64,000 nt of DNA, taken from Ruditapes philippinarum (lineage: Eukaryota). How positions within the stretch are numbered: position 1 is the stretch's first letter; each line of letters begins with the position of its first letter. Below the pieces are notes generated by a model, which saw nothing but the letters and a program-made list of their open reading frames with translations, was not told the DNA's origin and made no database searches. Location of the stretch: contig NW_026860787.1 of NCBI RefSeq assembly GCF_026571515.1, forward strand, positions 1 to 64,000, given 5' to 3'. The position numbers were made by a program, and so were the translations under genes. Shown one piece after another: positions 54,569 to 64,000 of this stretch.

Positions 54569-55640
54569 ATGATTTACAAAGGTCCATGTGGTGCTGGAGC
54601 CTGCATTCTTCTTCCAAACACAGAAGTTATAGAACTGAAACAACCAGTATCAAAATTATCATCAATTTTAGTAGGAGAACTGGTTGCCATTAAAATAACA
54701 CTTCAAGCCCTACTTACTGAGATTGGAAGATTTGAAATAAATAAGATAAAAATACTTAGTGATAGTCAGTCCGCTGTTGGAATTATTGATCTTGGCTGGG
54801 AAAATAAGACACACAAATTCCTGTCAACAGAGATACTCCAGTTGAGGAAAGAGCTTGAATTAGCAGATGTTACTGTCAATTTTGATTGGACTCCTGGTCA
54901 TGCTGGCATAAAAGGGAATGACATTGCTGACGGACTTGCAAAAGAAGCAGCAAAAGAAGCTGAGGAAATGGAAACAGAAGATTCACTCCTTGTAACAAGT
55001 CAAAGTGACATTCGCCACTCAGCTAGAGAATCAGTCCGCATTAAATGGCAGAGAAGATGGGAAATTGTTGAAACTGGCAGGCATCTCTATGGACTCAAGC
55101 CTCAAGTCCAGCCCAAAAAAATTAACTTCCATGGCTTGAGCAACCAAAGACAGTTACTTCAACTACAAAGTGGATATTGCCTCAATGATTATCTGAACAA
55201 GATTGGGGCCAAAAACACAAGTCTATGTAATTGTGGAGAAGTTGAGACAGTAACACATTTTATAGAGGACTGTACCCTGTATGAGGCATCAAGAGAAAAC
55301 CTGAAGAAAGAAATATTCCTAAAGACAGGAATAAGTGTATTTACAAAAGAACTATTGCTTTCAGACATACAAGAAGACCAATTCAAAGACCATAGGCAAG
55401 AGTTGTCAAATATTGCAAATGAATTTGTCAAATTATCCAAAAGATTTTAATTTTTTTTTTTTTCATCCAAAAGATTTTTTTCCCCTTTCAGTTTACATTC
55501 TATTTCATAATCATTATATTGAATTATTGTAACCCTACTTGAGAGTTTTTTACCGTAATCGGAAATACCAGAGTTTAGCTGTACATACCGGAGTGACAAC
55601 ACGGCCATTATCAAGGCTTTGAACGAAACGAAACGAAATC
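54569..55640 (+). mobile_element. 5'-truncated RNase H-bearing LINE (I/Nimb-group-like) in ARPC1 intron 1
   Basis: ORF 54569-55450 with GELVAI, ILSDSQSA, WTPGHAGIKGNDIADGLAKEAA and CNCGEVETVTHFIEDC; 3' tail (gaaac)n at ~55621-55638; lacks the first catalytic Asp motif (truncated). Confidence 0.85.
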
Positions 55641-56262
55641 AGAAAATAAACACTCATTTCATTCACAAGAACTATAGTAACGATGATAAATGTAAAAAGT
55701 TATTTTTAAATCCTTCTTGATAAATAAGCACATTAAAAATAACGTGAAAACAACATATGTGATTAGAGATTAACAGAAAATGGCAGACGGGATTTTCCAA
55801 ACGCCGACGCATGCACAGTGGTCCCTCTTCCGATAATGGGTTGAACACCATCAATTTATTCGTTCCTGTTTACGGTACAAAATACCTGCATTAACTTATT
55901 AACGAATTGCATGATAGATCTGGTTAACATGTACACTAAACATGTTATGCTTAAATCAGAAATCATAAGAGCTTTCCGCGCCATAGGTAGCACCTAATTT
56001 CATATTATTTATAGGTCAAGACCAACACCAAATGGAACATATAATAAAACATACAAAAATTATTTCTAGTTCCGTAATGTAAAAAAAAAATCACAGTGGA
56101 TTCCTTTTAGCATGGATCTTAATTAGCAAATATCTTGCAAGCAAGTACTGAAGTAGGAGTTTCAGGAAGTAAAGCAAGTCGGGAAGTTATAAATTTCTTA
56201 TTTTTTTAAATTATATGTTTCATTGTTTGCAACATTCAGGAATGGTAATAAAAAAAACTTAC

Positions 56263-57475
56263 AACACGTTATTTTCAATAATTTCGATAATAATTCGCGG
56301 ACTCTGGTCAGTCTACACGAATTACCGAATTACACAAATACAGGAACCAAAAAACGAACCCGGAAATGAAAATACTCCCGACCTGTAATGCACTTCTGAT
56401 TATTAAATTATTTACTTATTTTTTATTAAGTTAAATTTAGTCACAAAATGTTTATAAAGGTAAGAAACATGACAAAAATTCACGATATATTTTGGAAGAG
56501 GAAATTAAAATTAAAGATATAAAATGTGTGCATCAATAATTTGGTTCCTGACTTTACATTTAAGATCTTGGCGTTTAATGAAACGAGAACCAATCTGTAA
56601 AGGTCAAACTCGTGAACAATCGCAACTTTTCGGCCCTTTCCGTAAGTCCAATATACAGTTGAGCAATCGCAACTACTCGGCCCTTTCCGAGGTGGGGGGA
56701 AAATCCCGGGATCCGGGACGCCCGGGATCCGGGATCGTATTAGATATATAGGGAAAACTCATAAACTATATTTGTGTTTATTTTTGTCGTAATGAGAGGC
56801 GATTAAATGTTAACTATTTATTTCTTTAATTGTATGTAATGAACAGTAAATGAATTTTACTTAAGATTTAAATATATTTCGAGTTATTTATTAACACACT
56901 TAAAATGCGGAAATCACATTACTTGTATAATTACAGTATAGTATACTTGGAAATATCAAAGTTTTTGTTAATACAATATTTGGCTTAATTTTATGTTCAT
57001 GTATTTAAATATTATTTTTAGAAAAGATCAGAAGATATACTTAACATAATTGATAACAAAAAAAAACTTTTGACGTGTATGACAGGTGGTCAATTCCCGG
57101 GATCTCTGTACTGTTTAATAGATCCCGGCTTTTCTGAAAGCAAATTGGTAATGGTCAATTTCCCGGGATATATATATCTTATATACGATCCCGGCTTTTC
57201 TTAATTGGCATGCTTATTTTACCTAAAATGCGTGTAAAATACTATATAAAAATGCAGATAATCGATATATAATTTATCGTCGACACCGAGAACTGGTGGT
57301 CAATTCCCGGGATTACTATATGTTTAATACGATCCCGGATCCCGGCTTTTCTGTAGGCGATCCCGGGATTTTCCCCCCACCCCTTTCGGACAGTCTTCGG
57401 ATAAGGACTTATTAGATAATAGCCGAGGAAGTTCCGAATGATTTTATGCACAACTGGGTTCACCACAACAACAAA
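56263..57475. promoter_or_regulatory. Probable bidirectional promoter between ARPC1 (candidate non-coding exon 1 ending at 56263, - strand) and CNPY
   Basis: Minus-strand GTAAG donor at 56258-56262; the ARPC1 ATG exon has an acceptor 16 nt upstream so a 5'UTR exon is required; CpG-richer sequence, ccggaaat site at ~56360, duplicated caatcgcaact..tcggccctttccg motif at ~56617 and ~56664. Confidence 0.55.
56691..57381. mobile_element. 691-bp Mutator/MULE-type MITE
   Basis: TIR ggtggggggaaaatcccgggatc / gatcccgggattttccccccacc; 9-bp TSD cctttccga (56682) / cctttcgga (57382). Confidence 0.85.
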
Positions 57476-60400
57476 ATGAGGACGAAATCTCTTGTAATTT
57501 TAACTTGTTTATTGAGTTTTGTTGTTTATTGCTGTGCAGAAGAAGAAGATAAAGGACCCGTTATACCACCATCGAAATGCGAAGGTATGACAATTTTTTT
57601 TATTTTTTATTTTCTTGAAAATATGACAAATTATCTTCCTGTTTCAATTTTTCTACTTTCAGTTTAGGTTAGTTTCAACGTTTCAAGTGTGTATTTAATT
57701 AACTAAGTTAAAATATGTTATTACACAATTTCTACCTTATATAAGTGTTGGAATGACATTATTTTCTTATTTGAAACAGGGCCGATATTGGATAATTTGA
57801 ATTAAACATGTGTCAATTATCTAGGGGATTTTTCAATTTTCTATGTGGAATTTTCTGATTGGCTGAAAGCTTATCTATGCTAAACGCCTTTCATATACGA
57901 CGTTGATTGCTTTATACAATGTAACATTATAATGAACGTGCCAGTAGTAACTATTATATCTGATGAATCAGAATATTTAGTTTTAGTGCGGTCAAATAAC
58001 TTATAACAGTTAAATTATATATATATGTCAATGGTCATGTTGAATTATTATGACATGAAGTATTAAGATGTTAGATAACATTTATTTATAAATTGATAAA
58101 TAATCAATATAAATTTTCAAAATTTTCTTGAAAATTAACATGAATTACAGGCAATTGCACATTTTTGAACAAACGAAGGAAATTACATAATCTGTATCAT
58201 TAGAGAAAATATACATTCTGTACCCTGGCACTCAAAATAAGAGATGTATAGCGCAACAGCAAAAAATAATTATGATAAGGATTAAATAAAATGCTAATAC
58301 TAAAAAAAATTTCATTATCAATAAGTTATATTTAATTAATTAACTGCTGATTTACTGGAGGAAATTTTGTTGTTTGCGTTTTTAAATTTTTTATATCCTT
58401 GATATGTTTCTTTTTTTATGAAAAGCTAATAGGTTTAATAACAAAACCTTTTTGACCTGTACCTTATTATCACAGGTCACAAGTTTTTGTTTGAAAACTA
58501 TAGTTACTTAAAGTAAGGCCATCTTTAAAAAAATGTTTGTTTGCAGTAACCCTACCCAGAATTTTTAAGGTGGGTAGGTAGGTCGATTTTTTTTTTTTAT
58601 TGAACTGTACTCCCAAGTAAACATGGAATTTCAAAATGCTGGACAATATATGCTTTGATAATCTGGTAACAATTAATAAATTGATAACTGAATTCTAAAT
58701 TTAATAAGACCTACATTTTATTTCTTCTATTAACCTTTAAAAGAACGAAAACAAAGCACAAGGCATAATTTTCTGATTCAAAAAAAATAATTTTTTATTC
58801 AGACCATGAAAAAAATTTTTGAGTAGGGGCAAATTTTGTGAGTCGGTCGCGTTACTGTAAACAAACATTTTTTTAAGGATGGCCTAATCAAAGTGTTTCA
58901 ATTACTGAACTTTTCAGATTTCTTTATATTTTTTTTTAGCTTGTCTATTTAGAGGTTTAAGTTGAATTTATGATCACACATGTAAATATTGAAATTTAGG
59001 ATAGTAACAGACATGAAAATTTGCCAATACACATGTACCTTAAATATACACCACATATTCATTCATATATATTTGTTTTAGTTTGCAAGTATCTAGCTAC
59101 AGAGCTTAAGGACAGACTTGAAGAAACCGGGAAGACAAAAGAAGTTCTCGAAATTGGACATGGACTTGATTCTAAAAAGAAAAAGAAAATTAAATACAAC
59201 ACAGCGTAAGGATTTAATTTGATAGAAGAGAGTCATGAAATAATATTGTATTATATTTTTTATTTGCTGTAATATATTGTTATTATATTCTAAAAGTGTA
59301 TGTAAAATATGTACTTAAAATTTAATAAAAATTATATGGTAGTAATAAACTGTAGATTCTTAACTTAGAAAAAATGCAATCATTATGAGGGAAATTATGA
59401 TATATTCATTATTCACATTGATACATACTAAGTACTGTGAAAAATTGCTAAGGGAAAAATAATTTAAACATATACATGCACATCCAATTCTTTTGTTTGA
59501 GCTATAGAAAAGCCTACAAAAATATTACAATTTCCAAAGGGATAAACATGGATTATTTGTTGTATTTCAGAGAATTAAGATTGATTGAGGCATTACAAGA
59601 TCCTCATATATGTGATAAAATTCTTCAGTACAATGTCCACAAAGAAAGGGAAGGCAGTTTGAGGTTTGCCAAGGGACAGAGTGAAACTTTCCAAACATTG
59701 CATAATCTTGTGTAAGTAAAAGTGTGTACTAAGAATATTTCTGTAAAAATGTTAGATTTTAAGCACACACATCCAAAATATGTTAATAGATAGAAGGACA
59801 TGCATTATTTTATCAAATATGTAAACAATTAAGAAAAAGGAAATGCTCATGTAAAGCACATGTATTAGTAAGTATTAGTAAGTAGTCAAGTGAATACATC
59901 ATGTTTAACAACTTATCTTGAATGATGAGTTAATGTTTGAGAGATAGAGTTGTTTTAAACATTATGTATAAAGTTGAGGGTTCAAAACATCAGTGAATGA
60001 ACTGTTATAACTTCACCAGGTTTAAAATGACAGTGTTATAATGTTCCCACACAGTCATTACTCAGTGAACTTATAGAAATAAACAAAGTGGTAACTGTGT
60101 TTAAACTTACCTCATTTGTTGGTTTCAATGAAAATAATAAAAGCAGAGAACTTGAAAGTCTATTATACTGCTCAATCTATTAAGTATTTAATGAAAGTTC
60201 TCTATCTACAATGTACTAGTTCTTTTTGTTTATAGTAATAAAGGGGTTGATGTTCAAATGGACATCCCATACGAACTTTGGAACTCTACTCCAGCAGAAG
60301 TTACACAAATGCATAAAGAAGTAAATTTCAGTTGTTAAGTGTTTATTGTGTACCAGTAGAGGTCACTCATTTATCAAAAAGCAGATGTTTATCTTTGGGC

Positions 60401-62916
60401 ATTTGGTCTATTATCATCACCAATTTTTGACTGTTTTGAAGATTGAGTGATACTCACTGTAACTGTTGTGTTTATATATGTTACATTTCAAATATCTCTT
60501 TAAATGTTACCTCTACTGACTTTGTATAGTAACATGATTTTATCTCACCTGAGCACATGGTGCTTAAGGATGAGTTATTAGGATCAGTCACTTGTCAGTC
60601 ACTAGACTATGTCAGAATGTCTTAATCCTTATCTGTGCAGTTTGACCAGGCTCTATACGGTTGGTAGTTACCTATACTGTTGGTAGCTGACCTTGTATTT
60701 TGATATTGAAAAAGCTTAAACATAACATAGACTTTTCCAAATTCTAATTAGGGCAAATTTATTTCACATATTTAGCAAGATAAGGATAAATGATATCCTA
60801 GACAAGTTTTAAACTGTGACATTTAACCAAATACAAGGTCACCATTTCAAATCAAAGAAAAGTTGTAACAACAAACAAAATTAGGTTTCTGATCAAGCCA
60901 TAATAGTGTCTATCTAAATGATTTCTAGTATAAGTTTGAATATGGATTATCTGCAGTGAAAAAAAGCAATGTCATCAGCTCAGATAACAAGAAAACATTG
61001 TAAATACTTATGGTTAGAGTTTTGATTGGACCTTCATCAAATACATCTGTCATTTTGGGGAAGACAGGGTCTTTCAAATAGACAGGCCCTGGTTAAAGAA
61101 CTGGGTCACCAGATGAAATCAACCAAAACCTTGTAACAATTTAAGGTACATTTTTGTACCACTAAATCAGGTAAAATATGAGATGTTTACAGTCTAAAAC
61201 TTGGTTGATGGTATGGAATGAAAAAAGATGAAAGTTTTTAGCTCCACTATTCAAAGAATAGGGAGAGCTATTGTACTCACACAGGCGTCACCATCATAAT
61301 TTTGTTGAGTTCAAGTTGATATCTCCAAAAACACTGCAGGGTATCAGTTGAAACTTTACACACTTATTTAAGAGCATAATAGGCGGTCACTCTCCAAGGC
61401 CCATAACTCTAACATGTATTTTGGCAGAATTATGGCTCTTTTTTGAATGAAGGCAGTTATTCTCCTCTCAGGTGAGCAATGAAAGGACCAGCATAGCCCT
61501 CTTATTTTAATTTTCATTGCATGCTTAATTTTTTTTTCTCTCATTCTTATATCTATTGTCATTATTAGTTTTCACTACATGCACATTATATTAAAAGTAT
61601 TTAAGGACTAATTTATTTCTTCAGCACAACTCATGGTTTTGCATCTGTTACTTTTATTTTCCACAGGTGAACATCGCGTGGCCATGACTTATACTATACC
61701 CCCGTTCCCCCTCTACAACCTTATTTTCCACAGGTGAACGTCGTGTGGCCATGACTTATACTATACCCCCTGTTCCTCCTCTACAACCCAAAACCCTTAA
61801 ACATCATCCAAACATCAGAAGTATTGACAAAAATAAATTTTATGGGAAAAAAAAATTATTTTTGTCAATACTTATGATGTTTGGATGATGTTTAAGGGTT
61901 TTTGGTTGTAGAGGGTGAACGGGGTATAGTGTAAGTCATGGCTACGCGACCTTCACCTGTGTTATTTTCCACATTAGAAAACAAATGATTTAATATATGA
62001 AAGTTTGATTTTTCATTTGAGATCTGGTGAAGAAATTGAAATGGAAGAAATAACTGAAGTAAAAAACTAGTAATTGCAAAAAGGATAAAAAACTTCTAAT
62101 AATTTCAAAATTTAAATAATAATTTAAACAAATTTTTTAAAATTTTTTTCTTTAAATAAGTATGTGAAATATTCTTTTTCTAATGAAGGTACTGTAAAAC
62201 ACATGCTTTCTCAAAGCTCTCATTGTTAGACGGTCAGTTCAGATTATTTTTTTTGTCAATCTTTTGATATTGTGTCTATGTTGTAGTGTACTTGATTGTT
62301 TATAGTAACAAAGGAGTGAAAGTTGTGATGGATGTTCCATATGAACTTTGGAATGCAACATCTGCTGAGGTGGCTCAATTACAGAGAGAAGTAAATGCAG
62401 TATTTTATCTCACCCTCCACACATCCTATATCACTGCTTTGTTTAAGATGACTGGTCATTTTTGCTCATATATGGGGAGGTTTTAATTTTCTTCTCTATG
62501 TCATATCCAAGCATATACCAATATGTCAAAACTAAGGGGAAGGATTGTTTTCATGCCAGTTCCTTTAGTCCAACAGACATAACTTCAACTGACAGTGGTT
62601 TATATGAACTTACATCACTATCAAGCTAAAATAAGTATGTTTAAAATCAAGGCAGTGAAGTCAAGGTTGAACACAGGGGTTGTATACCTAGTACTTACCT
62701 TATTTAGAAGACACATTTATTAATACCCAACTATTTGGTGATGCTGTTTATACCATTAGAACATTAAAACCTCTCCATGTCTATATTATGTTGTACCTGT
62801 GTGTATGTGTTTTGTAAATTCTATATTTAAGGGATAAAGGGGTGAAGGTTGATCTAGGTATTCCCTATGAATTATGGGATACTCCGTCTGCTGAAGTGAC
62901 ACAGCTACAAAGAGAA
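57476..62916 (+). CDS. CNPY3: Protein canopy homolog 3/4 (saposin-like ER co-chaperone), 5' part; 3' exons beyond the window
   Basis: Exons 57476-57584 (signal peptide..PSKCE), 59082-59205 ([18 protein letters not shown]), 59571-59711 ([33 protein letters not shown]), then one of three exon-4 copies. Co-orthologous to CNPY3 and CNPY4. Confidence 0.92.
60236..60320 (+). CDS. CNPY3: Canopy alternative exon 4a ([28 protein letters not shown])
   Basis: tttgtttatag| 85 nt |gtaaat, phase 2-0, open frame. Confidence 0.85.
61729..61961. mobile_element. 233-bp palindromic hAT-type MITE (8-bp TSD ttattttc) with a partial tandem copy of its left end at 61654-61720
   Basis: cacaggtgaa...ttcacctgtg, ~110-bp near-perfect arms, TSD at 61721-61728 and 61962-61969. 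Confidence 0.8.
62306..62390 (+). CDS. CNPY3: Canopy alternative exon 4b ([28 protein letters not shown])
   Basis: gattgtttatag| 85 nt |gtaaat, phase 2-0, open frame. Confidence 0.88.
62832..62916 (+). CDS. CNPY4: Canopy alternative exon 4c ([28 protein letters not shown])
   Basis: ctatatttaag| 85 nt |gtaagg, phase 2-0, open frame. Confidence 0.88.
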
Positions 62917-64000
62917 GTAAGGCATTTAAGGTGATTCCTTAGTCATAGATTAGTTATTTTATCTTGTAATTGATTTCTTTATCTATATTTAAAGCTCAAA
63001 AGTCATATTTTTTCCTTTTGTTTAAAAAGCAAGCAGATGGTAAGCTGTTATTTTTGTTCATCTGAGTCGGATGTATTTATTTTGTACCAGTAAGTTAATT
63101 TCTTGAGAATTGTTCTTTTATCTCTCTGTCTGCTAAACCTCAAATAATGTTAAGTCTCATTTGAAAATATGGAAAGCTATCATTGTCATCTAGGTGTTTG
63201 GGTCTTCACTTTCATGTCACACTTTGGTTAAGTTTTTTGTCACTGTCTTTTCCTTTAAGTGGTATAAAAATTGCCTTGAAACTGGGAACATTTTTTGCAA
63301 CTATTGTCCTGACTTGCAGGCAAAAGAATTTTATCATTTTTTGTCATGGGCTTTGATAAAATTATGTCCATTTTTCACTTACAAACACTTTTTGAACATT
63401 TTTCCATACAGATTTCATAATTTCGAACTCAGAGACCTAAAAATTTGATACATTACAGCTAGGTTCTTCTCCTTACTAACAAACTAGTTTGTTTATTTCT
63501 GATTGTATTGACACTTATTTCTGAGGCTCCACAATTAGGGTATCAAAATTACCTAAATTGTCTACACTACAGTACCATGTGTCCGGACAGTTATGTACAT
63601 GGCGTGATTTAATTCAGATAACTTGTGTGTTTTCATTTTTGAATTTTAACATGGTATACAATATTTCAGCAACAAATGCTGAACTTTTGGAAATTCTATT
63701 GTTTACTCTGCAAATGATTGAAGCTGGTATATGAGGTCAGGCATTGCTTTCTTGACGCCCAAACGTCAACATTGAAATACTTATTAAAATATTACCATTT
63801 ACGGAGGTTGAAATAAATTCATTTACTAAATTATAGAATAAACATGCATTTATTGTTGATAAAAAAGTGACTGACAACCACTGAACAAAGAACATAGTAA
63901 ATTAAGCATTTTCGGGGCCGTCCGAGTTTGGTGGTTGTCCGGTTTTGGTGGTCCCCAACCAGTAGCATTAATATTTTTGTTTTCATTCTACCTGTTTTTT

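Noticed and set aside
63500-64000. Possible CNPY exon 5 or a fourth exon-4 copy
   Set aside because: No AG-bounded frame encoding the expected Cys-containing continuation or a PYELW motif was found; likely beyond the window.

Overview
AT-rich, intron-containing animal DNA, most likely a bivalve mollusc (inferred from its HINE/MITE repeat types). Gene order: 3' end of eEF2 kinase (+, 9770-11695); a tandem segmental duplication (~16238-24040 and ~24149-41813) carrying an 8-exon NB-ARC/STAND-TPR gene on the - strand, with copy 1 intact (805 aa) and copy 2 disrupted by a DNA element in exon 6 and carrying a near-full-length LINE in intron 4; a complete 12-coding-exon ARPC1 gene (-); and, head-to-head with it, the 5' part of a Canopy CNPY3/4 gene (+). 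The main discovery is three tandem homologous 85-nt copies of Canopy exon 4 that only keep frame if exactly one is spliced in. One copy resembles vertebrate CNPY3 (with N-glycan sequon) and one resembles CNPY4 (no sequon), so a single gene may make both paralog types by mutually exclusive splicing. Secondary candidates: an effector-less NLR-like STAND-TPR sensor, an RxRxxS microexon in eEF2K, minisatellites that multiply ARPC1 splice sites, and a MULE-type MITE in the ARPC1/CNPY bidirectional promoter. The first ~1.8 kb looks like low-quality sequence. All gene models were assembled by hand from GT/AG sites and phase; homolog sequences are recalled from memory, not searched.
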